Positions 1 through 8,947 of a DNA stretch of 64,000 nucleotides are shown piece by piece; within the stretch, counting starts at the first letter, position 1; every line of letters starts with the position of its first letter. Origin of the DNA: Ruminococcus sp. (GTDB lineage Bacteria; Bacillota; Clostridia; Oscillospirales; Ruminococcaceae); assembly GCA_020860605.1 (NCBI GenBank), contig JAJBTZ010000011.1, positions 2,230 to 66,229 of the forward strand, given 5' to 3'. The notes beneath the pieces are model-generated. The model worked only from the letters and a program-made list of their open reading frames with translations. It made no database searches and was not told the origin of the DNA. The translations under genes and the position numbers were made by a program.

Positions 1-600
1 GCAAACGCTGGCGCTGATGCGCTTCTCTTAGTATCGCCCTACTACAACAAGGCGACTCAGGAGGGACTTTATCAGAGCTTCAGGCTCATTGCGGAGTCCT
101 GTGGCGCGCCATGTATTCTCTACAATGTTCCGTCGAGAACTGGCTGCAACATTCTTCCTGCAACCGCTGCGAGGCTCGCTGAGATCGACAACATCGTCGC
201 CATCAAGGAGGCTTCGGGAGATATTTCTCAGGTAGCGGAGCTGGCTGCAATCGCTGGCGACAAGCTCGACATTTACTCTGGAAACGACAACCAGATTGTT
301 CCGATTCTTTCGCTTGGCGGTTCGGGAGTTATCTCGGTTCTTTCGAATGTTCTTCCGCATGAGACTAACGAAATCTGCACGAAGTTCTTTGAGGGCGATG
401 TCAAGGGGTCATGCGAGATGCAGCTTAAGTATCTTCCGCTTATCGATGCTCTGTTCAGCGAAGTCAACCCAATTCCTGCGAAGGCTGCTATGGCAGCTAT
501 GGGGCTCTGCGAGAACGAGCTGAGACTGCCATTAACACCGATGGAGAAAGCGCATCTTGACAAGATGCTGGGAATTATGAAAAACGAAGGGATTATCTGA
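1..600 (+). CDS. dapA: 4-hydroxy-tetrahydrodipicolinate synthase, C-terminal part (5' end outside the window)
   Basis: Frame 1 is open from base 1 to TGA 598-600. The translation (ADALLLVSPYYNKATQEGL, LYNVPSRTG, IKEASGD, ALFSEVNPIPAKAAM) carries DapA motifs and parallels the complete DapA at 13181-14068. Confidence 0.9.
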   Translation, partial: ANAGADALLLVSPYYNKATQEGLYQSFRLIAESCGAPCILYNVPSRTGCNILPATAARLAEIDNIVAIKEASGDISQVAELAAIAGDKLDIYSGNDNQIVPILSLGGSGVISVLSNVLPHETNEICTKFFEGDVKGSCEMQLKYLPLIDALFSEVNPIPAKAAMAAMGLCENELRLPLTPMEKAHLDKMLGIMKNEGII

Positions 601-603
601 TTT

Positions 604-1908
604 ATGCAAACGGTCTTGACTGACAACGTTACTATCCGCGACGGCGAGCTTTGGTTTTCGGAGCAGAGCACGCTGTCGCTTGCTGAAAAATATGGCACTC
701 CCCTTTATCTCATGGATGAGGGAAGGATCCGCCGTAACTGCCGTGAATATAAAGAGGCTTTGGATGAGTTCTATGGGAACGGCACTGAGGCAATCTATGC
801 TGGAAAAGCCTGCTGCTTCAAGGCGATTTATAAGATTATTAATGAAGAAGGACTGGGAGCGGATTTGGTCTCTTGCGGTGAGATTCACACAGCGAAGTTA
901 GCTGGGTTCCCTCTCGAGAACGCCTACTTCCAGGGGAACAACAAAACCGACTGGGACATCGAGTATGCTATCGATGCCGGTGTCGGCTATTTCGTCTGCG
1001 ACAATGTCGAAGAGGTTGATGCGATTTCGGAGATTGCCAGTAAAAAGGGCGTTACACAGAAGATTCTCTTGAGGCTCACCCCGGGCATCGATCCTCATAC
1101 ATACGATGAAGTCGCTACTGGAAAAGTAGATTCGAAGTTCGGAACAGCCATTGAGACTGGTCAGGCGGAGGAGATAGCGTCTTATACTCTCTCGAAGCCC
1201 AATATCAAGCTTTCTGGTTTCCACTGCCACGTTGGATCGATGGTGTTTGATTCGGACACTTTTGTAAGAAGCGCTGAGATTATGCTTGGCTTCTGCAAGC
1301 TGATGAATGAGAAGTATGGCTACCAGACCGAAATTCTGGACCTTGGCGGAGGGTATGGCGTTCGGTATGTCGAGAGCCAGCCGGTTATCAGTATCAAAGA
1401 TAATATTAAACAGGTTTCAGAGTTTATCAAGCACGAGTGTCAGAAGCTCGGCATTCCCCTTCCCTCTTTAAGGCTCGAGCCCGGAAGAAGCATTGTTGCG
1501 GATGCAGGGATGACGCTTTACACCGTCGGCACCGTCAAGAGGATTACCGGGTACAAGAACTATGTCTCGATCGACGGAGGCATGACCGACAACCCGAGAT
1601 ATGCCCTCTATCACTCGCAATATACGGTTCTCACTGCCAACAAGGCGAGTGAGGAGAAGACGCTCAAGTGTGATCTCGTTGGCAGGTGCTGTGAGTCGGG
1701 AGATATTGTCCAGCCGGATGTCATGTTCCCTGAGAGCATTCAGAGAGGCGACACTGTTGCCGTCCTCACAACTGGTGCCTACAACTACTCGATGGCGTCG
1801 AACTACAACAGAATTGCGAGACCTCCGATTGTTATGGTCAACGGAAGCGAGAGCTATGTTGCCGTAAGGCGAGAAAGTCTTGAAGACCTCACAGTGAACG
1901 ATTTATAA
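604..1908 (+). CDS. lysA: diaminopimelate decarboxylase
   Basis: 434-aa ORF with PLP decarboxylase motifs (YAGKAC, GGGYGV, CCESGD). It sits between dapA and dapF. Confidence 0.9.
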   Translation: MQTVLTDNVTIRDGELWFSEQSTLSLAEKYGTPLYLMDEGRIRRNCREYKEALDEFYGNGTEAIYAGKACCFKAIYKIINEEGLGADLVSCGEIHTAKLAGFPLENAYFQGNNKTDWDIEYAIDAGVGYFVCDNVEEVDAISEIASKKGVTQKILLRLTPGIDPHTYDEVATGKVDSKFGTAIETGQAEEIASYTLSKPNIKLSGFHCHVGSMVFDSDTFVRSAEIMLGFCKLMNEKYGYQTEILDLGGGYGVRYVESQPVISIKDNIKQVSEFIKHECQKLGIPLPSLRLEPGRSIVADAGMTLYTVGTVKRITGYKNYVSIDGGMTDNPRYALYHSQYTVLTANKASEEKTLKCDLVGRCCESGDIVQPDVMFPESIQRGDTVAVLTTGAYNYSMASNYNRIARPPIVMVNGSESYVAVRRESLEDLTVNDL

Positions 1909-1914
1909 CTTTTC

Positions 1915-1938
1915 GGGCGGATGATATCCGCCCCTACA
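1915..1938 (+). repeat. REP-like palindromic element copy 1 (GGGCGGATGATATCCGCCCCTACA)
   Basis: 8-bp GC-rich stem GGGCGGAT/ATCCGCCC plus a CTACA tail. Located in the lysA-dapF spacer. Confidence 0.85.
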
Positions 1939-1956
1939 TAGCCGAAAGGACTGGAT

Positions 1957-2790
1957 ATGAAATTTACTAAGATGCACGGAGCTGGGAATGATTATATCTA
2001 TTTCAATTGCTTCGAGGAGAAGATTGAGGACCCGAAAGCGCTGTCGATCAGACTTTCCGACAGGCATTTCTCTGTCGGCGGAGACGGGATTGTGCTGATT
2101 ATGCCGTCCGATGTCGCTGATTTTCGGATGAGAATGTTCAACACCGACGGCAGCGAAGGGAGGATGTGTGGGAACGCCTCAAGATGCATAGGAAAGTATG
2201 TCTACGAGAAGGGGCTCACCGATAAGACCGTTGTCACCCTTGAAACCCTTGCTGGGATCAAGACGCTGAAGCTTGACGTTAAGGATGGCGTGGTCGAGAG
2301 CGTCTGCGTTGACATGGGAAAGGCGGAGTTTGAGTCTTCGAAGATTCCTGTTATCTCCGATAAATCAGAAGTTATCAATGAGCCTTTGGAAATCGGTGGC
2401 AAGGAATATCACGTCACCTGTGTTTCGATGGGAAATCCGCATTGTGTCACGTTTGTTGACGAGGTTAAGAACCTTGAGCTTATGAAGATCGGCGTTCTCT
2501 TTGAGAATAATGAGATTTTCCCGGAACGAGTGAATACTGAATTTATCAGGGTTATAGACCAGAAAACGCTCGAGATGAGGGTCTGGGAACGCGGAAGCGG
2601 AGAGACTCTCGCCTGCGGTACCGGCGCTTGTGCAAGTGTCGCTGCTGCTGTAAGGAACGGGATCTGCAAGGCTGGGGATGAAATTACTGTCAAGCTTTTT
2701 GGCGGAGACCTGTTCATCACCTGTTCGGAAGACTTTAGTATTCAGATGCGCGGCGGAGCGGAATTCGCATTTGAGGGATATATAGACTGA
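1957..2790 (+). CDS. dapF: diaminopimelate epimerase
   Basis: 277 aa. N-terminus MKFTKMHGAGNDY and both catalytic-Cys motifs (MCGNASRC, LACGTGACA). Confidence 0.9.
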   Translation: MKFTKMHGAGNDYIYFNCFEEKIEDPKALSIRLSDRHFSVGGDGIVLIMPSDVADFRMRMFNTDGSEGRMCGNASRCIGKYVYEKGLTDKTVVTLETLAGIKTLKLDVKDGVVESVCVDMGKAEFESSKIPVISDKSEVINEPLEIGGKEYHVTCVSMGNPHCVTFVDEVKNLELMKIGVLFENNEIFPERVNTEFIRVIDQKTLEMRVWERGSGETLACGTGACASVAAAVRNGICKAGDEITVKLFGGDLFITCSEDFSIQMRGGAEFAFEGYID

Positions 2791-2799
2791 CGAAAAAAC

Positions 2800-2823
2800 G
2801 GGCGGATGATATCCGCCCCTACA
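2800..2823 (+). repeat. REP-like palindromic element copy 2
   Basis: Identical 24-mer in the dapF-dapL spacer. Confidence 0.85.
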
Positions 2824-2840
2824 TCAGGAGGTATTACATA

Positions 2841-4022
2841 ATGAAGGCTAATCAGAATTTTTATAAGATAAAGCAGAATTATCTCTTTGCTGAGGTTGCT
2901 GACAGGACGGCGAAGTATTCTAAAGAGCACCCGGAGGCGAAGATTATCAAGATGGGTATCGGAGACGTTACCCTGCCCCTTTGCGAGGCGGTTGTCGACG
3001 CGATGCACAAGGCGGTTTCCGAGATGGGAGTCAAGGAGACCTTCAAGGGCTATGGTGAATACAGGGGCTATGATTTCCTCTGCGAGAGCATTGTCGGGTA
3101 CTACAAGAGCTTCGGAGTGGATCTCGAGACTGAGGAGGTCTTCGTTTCTGAGGGAGCTAAGACTGACTTAGGAAATATTCTCGACTTATTCGATGCGGAC
3201 AACACAGTGCTTGTCACTGACCCCGTCTATCCCGTCTATGTCGACACCAATATTTTGGCTGGCAGAAAGATTGTCTATGCTGACGCAACTGAGGGCAACG
3301 GGTTCCTCCCAATGCCGGATTATGCTGTGAATGCTGACATAATCTATCTCTGCTCGCCGAACAACCCGACTGGTGCTGCTTATACGAGGGCTCAGCTGAA
3401 GGAGTGGGTTGACTATGCTATGTCGAAGAAGGCGGTAATCCTCCTCGATTCGGCTTACGAGGCGTTCATCACCGACCCGGATGTTCCCCACACAGCTTAT
3501 GAGGTTGAGGATGCGAAGAAGTGTGTCATCGAAATCTGCTCGCTCTCGAAGACTGCGGGATTTACAGGCACCCGTTGCGGTTACACCATCGTTCCGAATG
3601 GGCTTCACTTTGATGAGGACCTCAACAAGCTTTGGCTGAGACGTCAGTCCACCAAGTCCAACGGCGTTTCCTATATCGTTCAGTGTGGCGCGAATGCGGT
3701 CTTCACTCCTGAGGGACAGAAGGGCGTCAAGGAGAACATCGCCTACTATCAGGAGAACGCGAAGATCATGATGGCAGCTCTCGATGAGTGCGGAATCAAG
3801 TATTTTGGCGGAAAGAATTCGCCCTATATCTGGCTCAGGTGCCCCGACGGGCTCGGCTCATGGGAGTTCTTCGACAAGCTCCTCGAAGAGGCAAACGTTG
3901 TCGGAACGCCTGGCGAAGGCTTTGGCAAGAACGGTAAGGGCTATTTCAGGCTTACATCCTTCTCAACCCACGAGAACACCGAAGAGGCCATGAGAAGGCT
4001 CAAGAAAATGCTCGGAAAATGA
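2841..4022 (+). CDS. dapL: LL-diaminopimelate aminotransferase
   Basis: 393-aa class I aminotransferase. N-terminus NFYKIKQNYLFAEVADR and the SLSKTAGFTG PLP-lysine region are typical of DapL. dap operon context. Confidence 0.8.
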   Translation: MKANQNFYKIKQNYLFAEVADRTAKYSKEHPEAKIIKMGIGDVTLPLCEAVVDAMHKAVSEMGVKETFKGYGEYRGYDFLCESIVGYYKSFGVDLETEEVFVSEGAKTDLGNILDLFDADNTVLVTDPVYPVYVDTNILAGRKIVYADATEGNGFLPMPDYAVNADIIYLCSPNNPTGAAYTRAQLKEWVDYAMSKKAVILLDSAYEAFITDPDVPHTAYEVEDAKKCVIEICSLSKTAGFTGTRCGYTIVPNGLHFDEDLNKLWLRRQSTKSNGVSYIVQCGANAVFTPEGQKGVKENIAYYQENAKIMMAALDECGIKYFGGKNSPYIWLRCPDGLGSWEFFDKLLEEANVVGTPGEGFGKNGKGYFRLTSFSTHENTEEAMRRLKKMLGK

Positions 4023-4037
4023 ATTTTAGGGGAGGTT

Positions 4038-4424
4038 GTGGCGATGACGCGGAACGAGGTTTTTGATTATATCAGGGACACCTTCGGCGTTGAGCCGGAC
4101 TTCCCTTTTGATGAGGATTTCGTCTCGGCGGTTGCAAGGCACCCGGAGAACAAGAAGTGGTTTGCCCTTCTCATGAGGATCCCTGCTGACAAGCTTGGGC
4201 ACGACTATTCTGACGAGATCGATATTCTCACAATCAAGTCTGACCCGCTGCTCATAGATTCGCTCGTGGAGAACGACGAAGGGTTCCACAGAGCCTATCA
4301 CATGAACAAGAGGCAGTGGCTGACTATTGAACTTAAAGAAAACTTTGCCGACGAGGATATCCAGTATCTTCTGGGGCTCAGTTATAAATTAACGAACAGG
4401 AAGAAAACAAATGGAAGCAGTTGA
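4038..4424 (+). CDS. MmcQ/YjbR family DNA-binding protein
   Basis: 128 aa with the family-typical pattern (PDFPFDEDF, WFALLM, HMNKRQWLTI). Confidence 0.7.
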   Translation: MAMTRNEVFDYIRDTFGVEPDFPFDEDFVSAVARHPENKKWFALLMRIPADKLGHDYSDEIDILTIKSDPLLIDSLVENDEGFHRAYHMNKRQWLTIELKENFADEDIQYLLGLSYKLTNRKKTNGSS

Positions 4425-4932
4425 AAATATTCTCAAAAGAAGAAGCATAAGAAAGTACACTGACAAGAAGATCGACGCTGAAACTATGCACAAGCTATTA
4501 GAGTGTGGCATGGCTGGTCCTACTTGCGTCAACGCAAGGGATTGGGCTTTTATCGTTGTTGACGACAAGGAGCTTTTAACCGAGCTTTCCCACTGCAACG
4601 GCAGAGCTGCCGGGATGCTCCCGGATGCTGCTGCAGCGATTATCGTCTGCGGTGACCTCGACAGGGCTTTCTCGAGAGCGAAGGACTACTGGATCGAGGA
4701 CGCCTCGATTGCGACTCAGAACATCATTCTTGCAGCATCGGCGATGGGCCTGGGAGCCGTCTGGCTCGGAACCTATCCTCAGGAGGACAAGGTTGAGAAC
4801 GTGAAAGAGCTCATGAAGCTCCCCGACGAGATTGTTCCACTCTCGGTGATAGCTCTTGGATATCCAGACGAAGTGAAGGACAACGACAAGGTTATCTATG
4901 AAGAAAGCAGGGTGCATTTTAATAGATGGTGA
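4411..4932 (+). CDS. nitroreductase family protein
   Basis: 173 aa. N-terminal ILKRRSIRKYTDKKI and a central AIIVCGD..A.QN pattern. Overlaps the upstream gene by 14 nt. Confidence 0.75.
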   Translation: MEAVENILKRRSIRKYTDKKIDAETMHKLLECGMAGPTCVNARDWAFIVVDDKELLTELSHCNGRAAGMLPDAAAAIIVCGDLDRAFSRAKDYWIEDASIATQNIILAASAMGLGAVWLGTYPQEDKVENVKELMKLPDEIVPLSVIALGYPDEVKDNDKVIYEESRVHFNRW

Positions 4933-6098
4933 AGCGAGTCATTGCTATACTTCTCAGCATTACGATGCTGACTCTGGGATTTACCGGCTGCGGGAGTTCT
5001 GAAAACGAAATTGAAATTGACGAGGATGTGCTGAGTGTGAACAGCTTTTTGCCGACAGATAAATATGTGAAGAAGTTAGGCCGTACTGAGGAGACCGACA
5101 AGGGTCTCTGGCTCGCCTATTCTGGCTCTGGCGCCGAGTTTTCCTTCAACGGAACCAAGGCGACCATCACCCTTCTTGGCGACGACACTATTAACAGCGA
5201 AGACTGGAACAGCGTTCCGAGAGTAGCTATCTACGTCAACGACGAGCTCGTTGTCGACGAGATGCTGATGGAGGAGTCGACAAGCTTCACTGTTTTTGAA
5301 AGCGAAACCGCTCAGGACTGCGTTATAAGAATAGTCAAGCTCTCGGAAACCGGGAACTCGACCATGGTTATCGGCTCCATCGAGGTTGAGGCCTATGGCG
5401 CCATCAAGCCTACAGAAGATAAGGAGCACACTATTGAATTTATCGGCGACTCTATAACCTGCGGTTACGGAGTTGATGCTGAGGACCAAAACAGCTCATT
5501 CTCCACACGTACCGAGAACGCTTCGAAGTCTTATGCCTATCTGACGGCACAGCTCTTGGACGCCGACTACAGCCTCGTTTCGAAGAGTGGCCACGGAATT
5601 ATCACTGGCTACACCTCTGACGGGACGATTCAGTCGTGGGGAGTTCTCTCCGATTATTACGAGAGCTTCGGCTCGGGTTCTGGAACCGTCGACGGTGTTA
5701 CTCCTGATTCGGTCAAGTGGGACTTTAAGAATAATCCCGTCGATCTGGTCGTCATAAATCTCGGAACGAACGACTACAGCTACACTGGCTCCGATGCTGA
5801 CAAGCAGAACGAATACAAGACCGCCTATATAGAATTTATCAAGCAGGTCCGCGACGACAACCCTGATGCCTACATCATCTGTGCCCTCGGAATCATGGGC
5901 AACGAGCTCTATCCGATGGTTGAGGCTGCGGTGAGCAAATATGTCACCGAAACTGGCGACGAAAAGGTCACGAGCTTCGAGTTTGAGGTACAGAGCAGTT
6001 CAGATGGGTATGGTGCCGACTGGCACCCGAGCGCTGTGACGCAGGAGAAGGCTGCCCAGAGCCTCAGCGAGTTTATTCAGGAGTGGTTGGGGTGGTAA
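4926..6098 (+). CDS. SGNH/GDSL hydrolase lipoprotein (CE2-like carbohydrate esterase)
   Basis: 390 aa. Lipoprotein signal (LTLGFTGC), an N-terminal beta-sandwich-like region, then SGNH blocks (GDSITCGYG, NLGTNDY, DWHPS). Confidence 0.7.
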   Translation: MVKRVIAILLSITMLTLGFTGCGSSENEIEIDEDVLSVNSFLPTDKYVKKLGRTEETDKGLWLAYSGSGAEFSFNGTKATITLLGDDTINSEDWNSVPRVAIYVNDELVVDEMLMEESTSFTVFESETAQDCVIRIVKLSETGNSTMVIGSIEVEAYGAIKPTEDKEHTIEFIGDSITCGYGVDAEDQNSSFSTRTENASKSYAYLTAQLLDADYSLVSKSGHGIITGYTSDGTIQSWGVLSDYYESFGSGSGTVDGVTPDSVKWDFKNNPVDLVVINLGTNDYSYTGSDADKQNEYKTAYIEFIKQVRDDNPDAYIICALGIMGNELYPMVEAAVSKYVTETGDEKVTSFEFEVQSSSDGYGADWHPSAVTQEKAAQSLSEFIQEWLGW

Positions 6099-6110
6099 CC
6101 TCAATAAAGT

Positions 6111-6140
6111 GGGGAGACTTAACAGTCTCCCCTATTTTTT
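6111..6140 (+). terminator. rho-independent terminator after the CE2-like esterase gene
   Basis: GGGGAGACT-taac-AGTCTCCCC followed by TATTTTTT. Confidence 0.8.
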
Positions 6141-7419
6141 AATTTTTCAGGCACCCGATCGGCACGACTGAGACGCCGTCTTTACGGCGGTAGGCATAGT
6201 CACCGGTACCGGTGAGGACCATCAGGAAGGAGGGCTCACGCATCTTGTCGGTGTCGATTTTCGAGAGCATGGATTTGAGATTTTCAGCGCCTTCCTCGAT
6301 GAATCGGTCGCCACCGAGCTTTATCTCGATGAGGCCATATCTGCCGTTTCTTAAATGAATGACAGCGTCGCACTCCTGGCCATCCTTGTCGCGGTAGTGG
6401 TAGACTCCACCACCGAGGGAATCGGCGTAAACTCTGAGATCCCTTACGCAAAGAGTTTCAAAAAGAAATCCGAAAGTTCTGAGGTCATTTATAAGGTCAA
6501 CAGGACCTATCCCTAAGGCTGCTGCTGCGATTGAAGGGTCGACGTAGTAGCGGGTGTCAGCGGAACGGATGGCTGTTTTCGAACGAAGATTAGGGTTCCA
6601 TGCCGGCATGTCCTCGACGACAAAAATCTTGCGGAGAGCGTTCAAATAGGACGAAACGGTGTCCTCACTCAAGGGAGAATCATCATTGGCAGCGATATCA
6701 TGTGCCAGAACCGTCTGTGGAACCTGGCTGCCCTGATTTCTTGCGTAGGAACGCATCAGGCGCTTGACGCGTTCGGGATTCTTCTGGACATTATCAGCGC
6801 GGTTGATATCCGACTGGACGACGGCGTCATAGTAGTCGATCGCCTGATCGAGGGCGATTTCGTCCCTCATATCCACCGACTGAGGCCAACCGCCACGACA
6901 TGTGAGGAACGCAAGGCGGTCTATATCGATATTCGAGGCGCCGTCAACGTCAGTGAGACCATCAAAGAGGGATTTCAGGCTGACGTCTCCCGTCGATTCG
7001 CCTGATTCATAAAGGCTCATTGGCCTCATCGTGAGCCAGGTGAAGCGGCCTGTGCCCGAATGTGTGATTTCCCTTGTGTCGACAGGAACAGCAGAGCCTG
7101 TGAGGATGAACTGGCCCATCTCGCCACGGTGGTCGACCTCGAACCGAACAGCGTCCCAGAGCTTTGGAGCAAGCTGCCATTCGTCGATGAGCCTCGGTGT
7201 TTCGCCACTGAGAAGCCTTTTCGGGTTGAGTTCTGACAGGCTTATATTCTGCTCTTTCGTCTGCGGGTCGTCCATATAGAGGATGCTGCCAGCAATCTGC
7301 TCGGCAGTCGTGGTTTTGCCACACCACTTCGGCCCCTCAATCAGTACTGCACCCTTGCCTTCGAGCTTTCTTATTAAAATTTCGTCAGCAATTCGCTTTC
7401 TGTAGGATTTTGGTTTCAT
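6139..7419 (-). CDS. AAA-family ATPase with DUF4143-type C-terminus
   Basis: Walker A GPKWCGKTT. I chose the ATG at 7419 (MKPKSYRK) because it is preceded by GAGGTG. The ORF track's start at 7479 is less likely. Confidence 0.7.
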   Translation of the reverse strand: MKPKSYRKRIADEILIRKLEGKGAVLIEGPKWCGKTTTAEQIAGSILYMDDPQTKEQNISLSELNPKRLLSGETPRLIDEWQLAPKLWDAVRFEVDHRGEMGQFILTGSAVPVDTREITHSGTGRFTWLTMRPMSLYESGESTGDVSLKSLFDGLTDVDGASNIDIDRLAFLTCRGGWPQSVDMRDEIALDQAIDYYDAVVQSDINRADNVQKNPERVKRLMRSYARNQGSQVPQTVLAHDIAANDDSPLSEDTVSSYLNALRKIFVVEDMPAWNPNLRSKTAIRSADTRYYVDPSIAAAALGIGPVDLINDLRTFGFLFETLCVRDLRVYADSLGGGVYHYRDKDGQECDAVIHLRNGRYGLIEIKLGGDRFIEEGAENLKSMLSKIDTDKMREPSFLMVLTGTGDYAYRRKDGVSVVPIGCLKN

Positions 7420-7486
7420 TTCGGCACCTCGATTCGGATTTACTAAGTATAGTATACCACGCTTTCTGGATGATATCAAGCTTTTT

Positions 7487-7577
7487 CCGCCAAATGGCGA
7501 AAAATTTTTCCGACATTTGGCGGATTTTTATTCGGCGATTTGGCGGAAAATTGATCGGCGAATTGGCGAGGCGGGGA
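7487..7577 (+). promoter_or_regulatory. iteron-like repeats: three tandem 23-bp units plus one inverted core
   Basis: Units at 7509-7531, 7532-7554 and 7555-7577 share the core TCsGmsAwTTGGCGr. The inverted core CCGCCAAAT lies at 7487-7495. Located in the divergent ATPase / MNT-HEPN intergenic region. Confidence 0.6.
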
Positions 7578-7591
7578 TTCTGGATATATGC

Positions 7592-7620
7592 TTGCATTTT
7601 CTAGTCATATATGATATAAT
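7592..7620 (+). promoter_or_regulatory. sigma-A-type promoter for the MNT-HEPN pair
   Basis: TTGCAT (7592-7597), a 17-nt spacer, then TATAAT (7615-7620). Confidence 0.55.
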
Positions 7621-7664
7621 TTTATCAGAAGAGCTTTTGAACAATTTAAAAAGGCGGTGATAAT

Positions 7665-8006
7665 ATGTGTTCAAGGCAGGATCTGGATATAATTCTTGAC
7701 GAAGTGGCGAAGTCTTATCGGAAAACTTATGGGGACAATATTACGAAAATTCTCCTTTACGGCTCCTATGCCCGTGGTGACTACCACGAGTACTCGGATA
7801 TCGACATTGTGGCGATAGTGAAAGGCGATCGAGCTGATCTACAGCATGACCTCAGAAAGGTATGGGATGTTTCCCATGACTTAGGGCTTGAATACGAGGT
7901 TATCGTTTCGCCGACTGTGATTCCGTATGATGAATACGAAGAGTGGAAAGAAGACCTTCCGTACTACAGGAATATTGAAAACGAAGGGATTGTTGTCAAT
8001 GGATGA
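7665..8006 (+). CDS. minimal nucleotidyltransferase (MNT) domain protein
   Basis: 113 aa with the pol-beta NTase motif LYGSYARGDYHEYSDIDIV. Overlaps the next ORF in an ATGGATGA start/stop arrangement. Confidence 0.8.
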   Translation: MCSRQDLDIILDEVAKSYRKTYGDNITKILLYGSYARGDYHEYSDIDIVAIVKGDRADLQHDLRKVWDVSHDLGLEYEVIVSPTVIPYDEYEEWKEDLPYYRNIENEGIVVNG

Positions 8007-8397
8007 GTCGCATAGAAAAATTTTATCTGATTATCGTATGAAATCAGCTGAAGAGCTTCTTAGAGCTTCAAAGCTTCTCCTCGACCAAGGATTTTTCAAG
8101 GACTCAATCGGTCGTTCCTATTATGCTATGTTTGCTTCAACAAGAGCAATTCTCGCATTGGACGGTAAGGACTTTTCCAAGCACTCTGGGGTTATTTCCT
8201 ATTTTCAGAAGGAGTACATCAAGACTCAGAAGTTCGATGTAAAGTTTTCAAAATACCTTACAACAGCTTTTCAGGACAGAAACCGTGCTGATTACGAGGA
8301 TTACTACATGGTTTCAAAAGATGAGGCTGTTGAACAGTACGAAAAAGCAATAGAATTTTTCGAAGCGGTTAAGGCGTATCTTGAACAAAACGAATAA
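7999..8397 (+). CDS. HEPN domain protein (partner of MNT)
   Basis: Start taken at ATG 7999 (MDESHRKIL), overlapping the MNT stop codon. All-helical sequence with an RNRADYED motif of the PF05168-type HEPN class. Confidence 0.75.
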   Translation: MDESHRKILSDYRMKSAEELLRASKLLLDQGFFKDSIGRSYYAMFASTRAILALDGKDFSKHSGVISYFQKEYIKTQKFDVKFSKYLTTAFQDRNRADYEDYYMVSKDEAVEQYEKAIEFFEAVKAYLEQNE

Positions 8398-8404
8398 GAA
8401 TTTC

Positions 8405-8435
8405 AGCTCCGGCTTTTTTGCTGGAGCTTTTTTTC
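8405..8435 (+). terminator. rho-independent terminator after the HEPN gene
   Basis: AGCTCCGGC-tttttt-GCTGGAGCT followed by TTTTTTT. Confidence 0.75.
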
Positions 8436-8575
8436 TCTAAAAAATTTACCACTAATATCGCTTGGGTCTTCGCAAATAATATCCTTGCAAGCGAGAATTA
8501 AGTTTTTGTTTGTAAGAATTGCACGAGGCTGGGATGCGTTTCAGCCAGGGGTGCAACTAAAAAAGGAGATATAAT

Positions 8576-8764
8576 ATGAAGGGTATTACAAGCGATCAGG
8601 GCAGACAGACTCTTGAGAAGTTCAAGATTGAGGCTGCCAATGAAGTCGGAGTTAATCTTAAGAACGGTTACAACGGTGACCTCACCTCCCGTGAGGCCGG
8701 TTCCCTCTGCGGTCAGATGCTAAAAAAGATGCTCGACGCCTACAAGACTGGTTCTGTGAAGTAA
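8576..8764 (+). CDS. alpha/beta-type small acid-soluble spore protein
   Basis: 62 aa. KFKIEAANEVGV..GDLTSREAGS.GGQM-like SASP signature, AGGAG RBS, and a hairpin terminator downstream. Confidence 0.85.
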   Translation: MKGITSDQGRQTLEKFKIEAANEVGVNLKNGYNGDLTSREAGSLCGQMLKKMLDAYKTGSVK

Positions 8765-8790
8765 TCTTCCGATAAAACGCTTTTTGAACA

Positions 8791-8827
8791 GGCTGCCGTG
8801 GAGTTAAATCCATGGCAGCCGATTTTT
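8791..8827 (+). terminator. rho-independent terminator after the SASP gene
   Basis: 12-bp stem GGCTGCCGTGGA/TCCATGGCAGCC (one G-U pair) followed by GATTTTT. Confidence 0.8.
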
Positions 8828-8947
8828 AGGTCGAAAAATCTCGCAATATTGTGAAAAACGTCTTTATTTTTTGCGGGAAATGTGCTATCATATACATAAG
8901 CCTTATAGAACTTGTTCCGATTTTCGGAGCGGAAAGGACGGCACTAC

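Noticed and set aside
7487-7577. Possible CRISPR array (short direct repeats)
   Set aside because: There are only three contiguous 23-bp units with no spacers between them and diverging 3' halves. No cas genes are nearby. They are treated as operator/iteron-like repeats instead.
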